Origin: Verrucomicrobiales bacterium
GTDB taxonomy: Bacteria > Verrucomicrobiota > Verrucomicrobiia > Verrucomicrobiales > V1-33
DNA length: 64,000 bases
Assembly (NCBI GenBank): GCA_031411295.1
Contig: JANOAV010000101.1
Span: forward strand, 34,651 to 98,650
Direction of reading: 5' to 3'
Every line of letters begins with the position of its first letter. Positions within the stretch are counted from its first letter, which is position 1. Below are positions 38,484 to 47,401 of the stretch, in pieces. A model generated the notes under the pieces. That model was not told where the DNA came from. It saw only the letters and a program-made list of their open reading frames with translations, and ran no database searches. The position numbers and the translations under genes were made by a program.

Positions 38484-40133
38484 TTAGTGGTTCCAGGAGA
38501 ATTCGGTGGCATTCATCAGTGTCCAATAGAGGTCGGCCATCATGTCGGGTTTCTGATTTTGCTCCACGTTCAATTTATCGATGAAATAGGCGACTTCCTC
38601 CGGTGTGGGACGACGGCTGAAGACAGCCAAGTAGGCGGTTTCCACGGCGGCGGTATTATCCGGTGCCACCGTCGCAATGCGCGTGGAAGCGTTGAACAGC
38701 GGATTGGGTTTCACGTGATCTTGCACCGCATTGCCATTCATCATCAGCAATCGTTGCGGGATGGTGCCGCTCTGGCTGCCGAATTCATCCTCTCCGAAAT
38801 CCCCGTAGCGCTTCAAGAACTCACCCGTGTCGGCTTGCCGTTTGAGGCGGTAAAGAATGTGGGTTTCCGCGTCCAACGTTGTTAGTGACGATGCTTGAAT
38901 CAAACTGCCAGCCATCTGTTCTGGTCGGAGTCGTGTCAGAGGAAAGGTTGCCCAGTGATCTTCCGCCAGTTCCGTCTGCGGCTCGGCATCGTTGCTAGAG
39001 CGACTGTCCACTTGGAAGACTTGCGTGCTCGCCACGAGGCGGATCAAGCGTCGTAAATCACAACCGTGCTGGGTGAAATCCTCGGCTAGGATTTCCAAAG
39101 CCGCAGGGAATGGTCCCTCCAGCGGAATGCTGTCCACCGGCGTAACCAAGGGCCGATTAAACATCAGGGCCCACACGCGATTCACGATGGCGCGGGCGAA
39201 CGGACGGTTCCCTGGAGCTGTGACCCAGGTTGCGAGACGCTGGCGAGAGTCGCCTGCATCCGGCACCAATTCAGGCGACCATGGGACCACGGCGGGCACC
39301 ACTTCCGGTTCCTTCTTTTTCAGGAAACGATATTCGTAAGGATGCTGCGGGTCGTCCTGTAGTCCTCCTAACGCCATTTGCGCAGGGCCAAAAAATGCGG
39401 CCAAGCGATGGAAATCCTGCTGTTTCCAAGTGAGGTCCAGTTTGCCGTCGTGGCATTCAACGCAATCCATCCGCACCCCAAGAAACGCCCGGCTAACCCG
39501 CGCTGCGAGTTTGGCTTTGTCCGGTCCTCTGTCTGGAATCACCGTGGCCGTGACGAAATTCACTTCCGGATGGGTCGTCCAGACGCCTTTGGCATCGATC
39601 ATTTCGCGCACGAGTTGATCGTAGGGTTTGTTGTTGGTCAGAGCCGCACTCAACCATTCCACCAACCGCCGACGGCGGTAAACAATGAATGGTCCATCGT
39701 CCACGCCCACGAAAGCCCGCGCGAAACGTTCTGCGAAATAGTCACTGAAGCGCTGATCCGAGAGCAGATGAGAAATCCACCACGCCACCTGATCCGGCTC
39801 CGGTTGGGCTTCCAGCGCGCGGATCTCCTGGACCGACGGGAGAGTTCCTGCGAGCGACAACGCCAGGCGTCGCGCCACGGTTAGATTCGGAGCAGGCTCC
39901 GCAGCTTTCAGGGCATTTGCTTTCCATTCCTCCTGAAACGCGGAATTTACCTTGGCCACCGTTTCCTGGAACCCGGCATTCGATTCCTTAACCTGCGGTC
40001 CGGATTTCCCCACCAGTGGATGTGGCGACCACAATCGCCCAATCGCGAGGCACGTTCCGGTAACAATGACGGCTAGGAAAACTCCATTTCTGAGCCATTC
40101 AAGACACTTGTGTTGCAGCAGGAAATTTTTCAT
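38484..40133 (-). CDS. DUF1549/DUF1553 (PSD1-type) domain protein
   Basis: RRLALSLAG.LP, NKPYDQLVRE, FLGVRMDCVECHD, FARAIVNRVW, C-terminal EF.WNH. Confidence 0.9.
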   Translation of the reverse strand: MKNFLLQHKCLEWLRNGVFLAVIVTGTCLAIGRLWSPHPLVGKSGPQVKESNAGFQETVAKVNSAFQEEWKANALKAAEPAPNLTVARRLALSLAGTLPSVQEIRALEAQPEPDQVAWWISHLLSDQRFSDYFAERFARAFVGVDDGPFIVYRRRRLVEWLSAALTNNKPYDQLVREMIDAKGVWTTHPEVNFVTATVIPDRGPDKAKLAARVSRAFLGVRMDCVECHDGKLDLTWKQQDFHRLAAFFGPAQMALGGLQDDPQHPYEYRFLKKKEPEVVPAVVPWSPELVPDAGDSRQRLATWVTAPGNRPFARAIVNRVWALMFNRPLVTPVDSIPLEGPFPAALEILAEDFTQHGCDLRRLIRLVASTQVFQVDSRSSNDAEPQTELAEDHWATFPLTRLRPEQMAGSLIQASSLTTLDAETHILYRLKRQADTGEFLKRYGDFGEDEFGSQSGTIPQRLLMMNGNAVQDHVKPNPLFNASTRIATVAPDNTAAVETAYLAVFSRRPTPEEVAYFIDKLNVEQNQKPDMMADLYWTLMNATEFSWNH

Positions 40134-40298
40134 TTGGGTGGATACGGGTATTTCATCCGTGGTCTTTCACGATGGCATGAAACTGGAAAAAATCGAGGAA
40201 GTTTGTGTCCTCGATCGAGCGCTTGGCGACGGCTCGCTCCTCTGTGCGAAGAATCGCCCGGCAGTTGCTCCCCGCCGCAGACTGCCTGCTGCACCACC

Positions 40299-41177
40299 CT
40301 ACTTTTGATGCACATCCACGCTGAACTGACTGGCACTGGGACGCGGCACTTCCCGCTGCGGGGCAGAAGCGGTGGACGAAACTGTGCCCGGGAGCGCACT
40401 GGGTTTGATGACCCAGGTGGGGGTGGTGGCTTCGGTTGGTTCATCGGCCAAACCGGCTTGGCGCAGGAGGAGAGAGGCTTGCTCGGTGTTGCCCAGCGTT
40501 TTGTGGACCGCAGCCAGGTTACGCCACGTTTGGCAGAGGTCTTGATAACCTTCGTTGGTGGCGGGGTTGAACAACGTTTGCCGAATGGCTAGCGCTTGTT
40601 GATGCGTGGCCAGGGCTTCGGTAAATTTCTCCTGGCTATATTGCAGCACGCCGAGGTTATTCAGGACGGCGGCTACTTCGGTGCTCTCGTTTCCCTTCAG
40701 TGTGCGAAAGGCTTCCACGGAGCGCTGATAGTGCTGTTCCGCTGCTGGCAGGGCTCCGCTTTTCTTGTCCAGCATGCCAAGATTGTTGGAAACACTGGCT
40801 CCCAGATCGGATTGGAAGAATCCCCCAACGGTAGCCATGGCGAGACTTTTCTCATACCATTTCCTAGCTTGATCCTCTTTTTCCCAACGATCATAAAGAT
40901 AGCCCAGGCTGGAAGCAACGTTGGCGGCCAAGATCGGCCGCGGCTTGAGTCGATGATTGGCGTTGGCGTCCTCAATGCGGAACATAGCTTCACGCAGAAG
41001 CGATTCTGCGCGCGGGAAATCCTGGGACTGCACACGCAATTCCGCCAGGGTATGCAGGTGATCTACCAAGAGTTCGAGTTTTCCTTCATCCAGGTTCGCG
41101 ACTCGACGCGCATACTCCACCGCTCGAGTGACGGAGGCGATTTGATTGCGGAGTGATGAGTCGAGCGGTTCGGCCAT
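40299..41177 (-). CDS. btubC: TPR protein BtubC / bacterial kinesin-light-chain-like (Bklc)
   Basis: KLC-type TPRs (VAAVLNNLGVLQY, SNNLGML, ALAIRQ) immediately downstream of btubB, as in the Prosthecobacter btubA-btubB-bklc operon. Confidence 0.8.
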   Translation of the reverse strand: MAEPLDSSLRNQIASVTRAVEYARRVANLDEGKLELLVDHLHTLAELRVQSQDFPRAESLLREAMFRIEDANANHRLKPRPILAANVASSLGYLYDRWEKEDQARKWYEKSLAMATVGGFFQSDLGASVSNNLGMLDKKSGALPAAEQHYQRSVEAFRTLKGNESTEVAAVLNNLGVLQYSQEKFTEALATHQQALAIRQTLFNPATNEGYQDLCQTWRNLAAVHKTLGNTEQASLLLRQAGLADEPTEATTPTWVIKPSALPGTVSSTASAPQREVPRPSASQFSVDVHQK

Positions 41178-41281
41178 TCGGTGGAGAAATTCAAGAATTC
41201 AGTTTCAAGAGGCAAATATCAGTTGGTTTACTGAAATCTGCAATCTTGCATCTTGCAACTCTTGAGCGTTAGGGGAGAACC

Positions 41282-42553
41282 CTAGATCGCGTCCTTATAG
41301 GATTGGGAGAGATCCGCCACGCTGTTGCGGGCTTCGGCCATTTGATCGCGAGTGACGCCATTGTTTTGATACCAATGGGTGTAGGCGTTGTTTTCAAACA
41401 TGATGTCGAACTGATCCACCAAGCGGTCGAAAACGCTGGAGATGCCTGTGTGATTCACCAGGGCCAAGCCGCTGCTGGCATAGCCTTCCGGCGGGGTGTC
41501 GGCCACGCCAATCTTGATGCCGGTGGGCACGTAGGTGGCGAAATTCAAGCTCTTGCGGATGGCGGCCATGTTTTCGTCGATTTCCTTCTGTTTTACGTCG
41601 CCCCGGAACAAGGCGCAGGCCGCTAAATAGACATTGTTCTCGAAATCGATGGCGCAGGCGAAGTTGTCGGGATTGAAGGTTTCACGAGCCAGGTCCGCAA
41701 AATTAGTGCGCACCAGCCCTTCATTTCCCGTCGTCCGCATGGGGGCAAAGCTGGGGCAGAGGAAGTGGTTGGTGGGGAAGGGCACCAAGTTAGTGACAAA
41801 CTCACCCAAGTCCGTATTCAAGCGGCCGGGGAAACGCAACGATGCCGTGACGGAGGACATGATGAGGCCCACGATCTGGTTCAGATCCATGTAGGTGGGG
41901 CTGCGGCTGAGTTTCGTCTTGGCGATGCGGAAGAGCGCTTCGTTGTCCAGCACGATGGAAATATCCGCGTTATCCTTGAGCTTGGCCAGGGTTAGGATGG
42001 AGTTGTAGGGCTCGATCGCGCTATCGGAGATCAGAGCGGAAGGGGCCACGGAGAAGGTGAAAATTTTCTTCTTGGGGAACCGTTCGCGCAGACGCTCTAC
42101 GATCAATGATCCGAGGCCGGAACCGGAGCCACCGCCGATGGAATGCGTGACCATGAACCCTTGCAGGGAAACGGTCTTTTCCACGGCATCATCCACCAAA
42201 TTCATAATCTGATCGATGACGCGCTCGCCTTCGACATGATAGCCACGCGCCCAGTTGTTGGCGGCCCCGGGGAGCTTTTTAACGATCTGACCCTGGTCGA
42301 AGAGTTCGCCCATATCGCCTTGTTCGATCCGGGAAATCACTCCCGGCTCAAGGTCAACGAGGATGGCGCGGGGGACAAATTTGCCATCGCGCACGCGATT
42401 GAAGAAGACTTCCTGGTGAGTGTTGTTAGCGGCTTGGGGGCCGGCAGGGGTGCCATTTGGCTTCAGACCGTGTTCTTTTAAAATCAGGCGCCAGAAGCGA
42501 TCGGCAATTTGATTTCCGGTTTGGCCGACGTGAATGCTGAGGATTTCTCTCAT
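41282..42553 (-). CDS. btubB: Bacterial tubulin B
   Basis: MREILSIHVGQ, VPRAILVDLEP, GAANNWARGY, HSIGGGSGSG, EPYN, DNEAL, SLRFPG.LNTDL.EFVTNLVP. Confidence 0.96.
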   Translation of the reverse strand: MREILSIHVGQTGNQIADRFWRLILKEHGLKPNGTPAGPQAANNTHQEVFFNRVRDGKFVPRAILVDLEPGVISRIEQGDMGELFDQGQIVKKLPGAANNWARGYHVEGERVIDQIMNLVDDAVEKTVSLQGFMVTHSIGGGSGSGLGSLIVERLRERFPKKKIFTFSVAPSALISDSAIEPYNSILTLAKLKDNADISIVLDNEALFRIAKTKLSRSPTYMDLNQIVGLIMSSVTASLRFPGRLNTDLGEFVTNLVPFPTNHFLCPSFAPMRTTGNEGLVRTNFADLARETFNPDNFACAIDFENNVYLAACALFRGDVKQKEIDENMAAIRKSLNFATYVPTGIKIGVADTPPEGYASSGLALVNHTGISSVFDRLVDQFDIMFENNAYTHWYQNNGVTRDQMAEARNSVADLSQSYKDAI

Positions 42554-42598
42554 GGGAGTTGGTTAAGTAAGTAAGTAGGTAAAATGAGAGGGTGAGGA

Positions 42599-44113
42599 CT
42601 AGAGGCGTTTCTTGGCGACGAGGTCACGCAGGGAAATGGTCTTCACATCTGCCCCAGGATCCACTGTTTGGGGCGCGGATTCGGCGGGGGCGGCATAGAC
42701 TGGAGCCGCCACTGGGGCTGGAGCGGGCGTTGTTTCCGTGGCCAGCATGTTATCCGAGCGGCCCGTGGTGGAGGCCGCGCTGGTGGGCATAGCTTTGCGA
42801 GCTTTACTGGCACCCGAGGATTCCGCCCGCTTGTAGGATGTGAGCAGATCTCCCACGGCTGCGCGGATGGCGGTGATAAGCTCCTCGGTCATGCCCTCTT
42901 TGAGATACCAATTCAAGAAGGCTTTGCGTTGATAGAGCTTATCGAAGTTGGTGCAAATGCGCTCCAACACGCGGGCGATTTCCGTGTTGTTCGCCAACAT
43001 GGTGGTGGATTTCCGGTGGGAAATGCCGGGAGCTTCGACGTAGCCGATCTTGAAGGCGGTAGGAATCCAGCTGGTGAGAGGGATGCGCTCGCGCATGGCG
43101 GCCAGGGCGGCATCGGCGTTTGGTTTGTCGTCCATGACCCCGCGGTAGAGCACGGCGGCGGCCATGTAGCGGCCTTCGGAAGGTTTGCAGGCAGCAAAGA
43201 AACTGTCATCGGAGAAGAGTGCGTTGATCATTTGCTCCGCACCGATTTCCTCGAACTTGCTCTGCTCCGGCGGGGTCAGCGGGGCGAAGCTGGGAGTGAG
43301 GAAATGCAGTCCTGGGAGCGGGACCAGATTGGTAATCATTTCCCGCATGGAAATTTCCACGGTGAGGAATCCGGTGAACCGCATGGAGGCCGTGATGCCG
43401 GTAAGCACTTCTGTGATCAGGGCATTGAGGTCGTCCAGACTCGGTTCCTCGATATTCCAACGTTCGTGCGCGAGGCGGACTAACGCTTCGTTGTCGAAGA
43501 CGATACAGGCATCGGCAGACCGTTTCAGGATGTCGAGCGCGAACACGGTGTTGTAAGGCTCGGTGACCACGCTGGATACCTGCGGACTTGGGAGAATGGC
43601 TGCGCTGAAAATGGGGATTTCGGGATATTTTTGTTTGATGCTCTCGATGAGTAAACAGCCGAGACCGGATCCGGTGCCACCGCCGAGGGAGTGCAGGAAG
43701 AGGATCCCGCCCACATTGTCACATTTGCTTACTTCGCTTTCCAAGCGGCCGAGCACTTCGTCGAGTAACTCGCGGCCTTCGCCCACGTAACCGACCGCAA
43801 AATTTCCGCCCGCGCCTTCGGTGCGGTGGATGATGTTGGCAGGATTGAAAAGCGAGCCGCTGGTGGCTTTCAACTCCTGGAGCACGCTCGGTTCCAAATC
43901 CACCATGATCGCGCGGGGAACGTAGGACACGGTGCTTTGATCTCCGAGTTTGCTGAAGAATCCGTTAATACAACCCTTAGGCTCCTGACCTTCGAGGGCT
44001 TGGCCAGTGGTGAAGTCAATGCCATGTTCCTGGCAGACGGCTTTCCAGAAACAGGCACCAATTTGGATGCCGGCCTGGCCTACGGAAATAACGATATTGT
44101 TGTTAACTTTCAT
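42599..44113 (-). CDS. btubA: Bacterial tubulin A
   Basis: MKVNN start, GQAG, YVPRAIMVDLEP, GAGGNFAVGY, GGGTGSG, EPYN, FDNEAL, QRKAF..WY, terminal SLRDLV, all characteristic of BtubA. Confidence 0.96.
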   Translation of the reverse strand: MKVNNNIVISVGQAGIQIGACFWKAVCQEHGIDFTTGQALEGQEPKGCINGFFSKLGDQSTVSYVPRAIMVDLEPSVLQELKATSGSLFNPANIIHRTEGAGGNFAVGYVGEGRELLDEVLGRLESEVSKCDNVGGILFLHSLGGGTGSGLGCLLIESIKQKYPEIPIFSAAILPSPQVSSVVTEPYNTVFALDILKRSADACIVFDNEALVRLAHERWNIEEPSLDDLNALITEVLTGITASMRFTGFLTVEISMREMITNLVPLPGLHFLTPSFAPLTPPEQSKFEEIGAEQMINALFSDDSFFAACKPSEGRYMAAAVLYRGVMDDKPNADAALAAMRERIPLTSWIPTAFKIGYVEAPGISHRKSTTMLANNTEIARVLERICTNFDKLYQRKAFLNWYLKEGMTEELITAIRAAVGDLLTSYKRAESSGASKARKAMPTSAASTTGRSDNMLATETTPAPAPVAAPVYAAPAESAPQTVDPGADVKTISLRDLVAKKRL

Positions 44114-44241
44114 TGGTCGGAGTGAGGTTTGGGAATGCGAAAGGAATGGGGGGTGAGTTCTCGATGAGTCAAACGTAAACAAGAGCGGCAGATGTTCAAG
44201 CTATGCCTTCGGAAGTTTTTAGATTTCAGTTTTCTTTCGGG

Positions 44242-47200
44242 CTATCGGTTCCGAATGGTGATGGTGCGGGGGCGGCTGCTGAACAGCCGATCGGAAGTGG
44301 TCAATCGGGCGAGATCGATGTTTAGCGTGGGGGCGCCGAAGTCGTCCATGGGAAGGTCTTCCAGAGGTTCTTCGGCCGCCGGGGAGTGTTCTGTTTCCGC
44401 TAGGGCGTCTGGCGGAAGGGTAATGGACGGAGTTGGGAGTGGGGCCGGTTCCGGTTGCCAGGCGGCGGCAGAAAGAGAAATACCGCTAACGCTAGGGGCT
44501 CTTCCGGCAGGCTGCGGTTCAGGCGTGGTTACTGCGGGCTTGACGGCCTCGGGCTTTGGCGTGCTTTCAAAGCGCCAAGTCACTAAGCCGGTCGTGCTCG
44601 GCGGGAAACTCTTAGGCTCGTAAGGGGCGGTGGTGGCAGCCAGATCGGTTGAAGCGGGTGCGGTTGCTTCCTGCAGCAATGCCTCCGTTGGGAATGGCGC
44701 TATTTGCATGTTGGAAGCGGGAATCGGGTGGGGGAGTGCTGGGGAAATGAGTGGTTCCAAGTCGGCGGAGTCAGCGCGCTCCCGGAAAAGTTTAAAGCCT
44801 TCAGTTGGTGCCTTGGGGCTGTCTGGAGGATAGTGCGCACCGTTCACTTGAGGTGTTTCCGCTGACGGAATTCCCGCAACAGCAACGATTTCTGAAGCTT
44901 TTTCCATTTCCGAAATCTGGTCTGCTGACAGGGCGACCGATTTAAATTGAGCAGCGATCGCGCCCGGAGAGGAAGCGGGCAATGCCGCTGGCATGGTCGT
45001 TGCGCAAAGCGGGGGCGCGTCTTGCCTCTCGGCATCGACCGCTGAAGGTGCAGCTTCCACTATTAAAACCGAATCAAGGGCCACCGCCGAAATTTCGCCT
45101 GCCATCTGGTCATTAATCTGCGGTTCCCATGGCTCGGGTTCCATGGCCATGATCGGGGAGGCTAGCTCAATGGTTTTAACCTCCGTAATCAACTGATTAA
45201 CAACGGCTTCCACTGGTTCGATCGGCTGGTGATGCGAGATTGGGGGACTTCCCACAACTAGGGAATGACCATTAAGATAAGGCTGCGTTGGCTCCACCGG
45301 CTGGCTGGGGGCTGCGGGCATGGCTGCTGCAACTGCTGGGGCCTCAGCGGCTGGCTGTATCTCTTGCGGCAAAGTCGGGGCTGTTCCTGACAGATCTTGC
45401 TCATTCGGTAGTGTCGAAATTTCCGTCGCAGGAGCAGTTGGCATCTCTGCGAAAATGGAGACCAGTGCTGCGATTGCATCGCTTTCTGGAGCAGTAATAA
45501 CTTCCGGAATCTCCAGATTCACAGCGGGTTGCACGTTCTCAGGCGGCGGATTCAGGGTTGGACTTTCTGGTTCAGGCTTTTGAGGGGCAGGATGTCCTTC
45601 CCCGTTGATGGCAGCTCTGGAAATGAAATTCATCACACCGCCCCGTTGACCCAGCGCCTTCAGAAAAGCCACGGGCTCCAAGACTGGTTCGCGACCCGCA
45701 GCAGCCTGGGCTTGTTGTTTAAGAAATTTCACTAATTCCGCAGGCAAGTGCCCGTGCTGCTCCAACCCTGCGGCTCCGCCCGCCATTTCCACGGCCAGCA
45801 GGGCGAAGGCATCGTTAAATTGTGTCTCCTCCGCCCGGTCCGGATCAATCCCCGCAGGCCAGGGATTCGTTACAGAGTTCAAGGAAGCGTGGATCCGAAC
45901 TTTAATCAGGTGACTTGGCCAATGCGATACCGTCATTCGACACCGCTCCGCTAAAGTCGATTCATCGCAATCATCCCGGAAAACGCAGCGTATGGCAGAA
46001 GATTTCACCGAAGGAATTGCTAATCCCAGCGCCCTCGCCTCCTGTTGCGCAGCCTCTACTTGAGTCAGAATGGCGAAGATTTCCCCTGACTGTAATGCAC
46101 CACGATGTTGCAGGAATTCTCTAAGTGTGAAAGAGTTACGGCACTTTTCTATGTGAAATGTGAAGTGATCACTATTCCAAGTGCTGTGAGGGAATAGCAA
46201 GTGTAAGGCCTTCTCAGCGGGGATCTGCGCCAGGCCGTCTGGGGCAGAGGAGAACTGGGGGCGAGGCAGGATTCGTTTCCCTGGCAACGGCAGCAGGAAA
46301 ACCTGTTCTTTGGTCTTCGTATCCCTGGCGGGACGAGCACTAATCTCGTCAATCACAGAACTGGATTGGGAAAGCAACTCAAACTGCAAGGGATAGAGGT
46401 AATCCAATTGACTGGAACCGAAAATTTGCGATAACCACGGCACCGAAAACGGCGGCACATTGAGGGCGTTTGCTCCAGAGTCCGTCGCGAACTGCCGGGC
46501 ACTGCTAAGCGCGGTGGCCGCATCGGCAAAGGTGAGCGGCATGTTGCCTCCAGTGAAAAAGGCATTCGCCACGAACTGCCGCAAGAGGAAACAACGATCC
46601 AGCAGCCGCACCGACTCGACCAAGGGACCGCCCCGCACTGGGCTGATGTGCCCGGTGAGCATTTGATACACCAACTGCCCCAATTCTACCGCCAGCCGTT
46701 GCTCGGCGGTATCCTCGCCTGTGCGCACTTCCAATTGGTGGAGACCAAGTTGTCTGATTTGAATCACTCGTTGATATTGAGCGCCTTGCGGGGAGTATAT
46801 CAACTGAGCACCCGCCAGCGAACAGGCACGAAAGAGTCTTGGTAATGCTTGCAGTCGAGTCAGTTTTGCGAGCAATCCATCGAGTAATTCCAGCGTCGCG
46901 CGTTCCGGAATTCCCCCAGTCCGACGTGAGTAATCCGTTAAAATTTCCCCTTCTTCCAAAGCGAGCGTGAAAAACAGCAGTCCATCCATTTGACCTCGTC
47001 GAAGCACCCGGGGCACGGAACCACCATTCACGCCCGCCAGTAAAACCAACCGTTCAAACAGCGCCTGCGATTGATCTGCGTTCCAATGTTCACTCGCCGT
47101 AAGTAAATTTAGTTCAACGAGTTGTTGGGTCTTGTTATCAAATGCTAGACAAGCTAGCGCATGATCGCCTCCCGTGAACTCCAGCGGATTTCCTGCCGAG

Positions 47201-47244
47201 TCTTGGGAGATAAAAAAGGTCTCTGTAAGCGAATAATTTTTCAT
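44242..47244 (-). CDS. Tandem degenerate protein-kinase-fold (pseudokinase-like) protein with long Pro/Ala/Glu-rich tail
   Basis: Two segments resembling kinase N-lobes/hinges (LAFDNKTQQLVEL...EGEILTDY; ARDTKTKEQV...FTLREFLQHRGAL) with no HRD/DFG motifs; C-terminal ~450 aa low complexity. Confidence 0.55.
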   Translation of the reverse strand: MKNYSLTETFFISQDSAGNPLEFTGGDHALACLAFDNKTQQLVELNLLTASEHWNADQSQALFERLVLLAGVNGGSVPRVLRRGQMDGLLFFTLALEEGEILTDYSRRTGGIPERATLELLDGLLAKLTRLQALPRLFRACSLAGAQLIYSPQGAQYQRVIQIRQLGLHQLEVRTGEDTAEQRLAVELGQLVYQMLTGHISPVRGGPLVESVRLLDRCFLLRQFVANAFFTGGNMPLTFADAATALSSARQFATDSGANALNVPPFSVPWLSQIFGSSQLDYLYPLQFELLSQSSSVIDEISARPARDTKTKEQVFLLPLPGKRILPRPQFSSAPDGLAQIPAEKALHLLFPHSTWNSDHFTFHIEKCRNSFTLREFLQHRGALQSGEIFAILTQVEAAQQEARALGLAIPSVKSSAIRCVFRDDCDESTLAERCRMTVSHWPSHLIKVRIHASLNSVTNPWPAGIDPDRAEETQFNDAFALLAVEMAGGAAGLEQHGHLPAELVKFLKQQAQAAAGREPVLEPVAFLKALGQRGGVMNFISRAAINGEGHPAPQKPEPESPTLNPPPENVQPAVNLEIPEVITAPESDAIAALVSIFAEMPTAPATEISTLPNEQDLSGTAPTLPQEIQPAAEAPAVAAAMPAAPSQPVEPTQPYLNGHSLVVGSPPISHHQPIEPVEAVVNQLITEVKTIELASPIMAMEPEPWEPQINDQMAGEISAVALDSVLIVEAAPSAVDAERQDAPPLCATTMPAALPASSPGAIAAQFKSVALSADQISEMEKASEIVAVAGIPSAETPQVNGAHYPPDSPKAPTEGFKLFRERADSADLEPLISPALPHPIPASNMQIAPFPTEALLQEATAPASTDLAATTAPYEPKSFPPSTTGLVTWRFESTPKPEAVKPAVTTPEPQPAGRAPSVSGISLSAAAWQPEPAPLPTPSITLPPDALAETEHSPAAEEPLEDLPMDDFGAPTLNIDLARLTTSDRLFSSRPRTITIRNR

Positions 47245-47401
47245 AACAATGGCATCGGGTAAAGCAAAGCAATATTCCGGCAATTAAGTCAAGACATGTA
47301 GGATGATTCCTAAAATTTGCAATACAATTTTGCGGTTTTTCGCAATTACCAGAATTTACGAGGTTTTTCGGCGGATAACATTCTTGGAATTTAGTCTGAG
47401 T

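Noticed and set aside
35965..40133. DUF1549, DUF1501 and membrane genes as part of the tubulin system
   Set aside because: Co-directional, but this is a widespread self-contained PVC module with no evidence of a functional link
44113..44241. Operator motif upstream of btubA
   Set aside because: Only a half-site (CTATGC) is present, which is insufficient support
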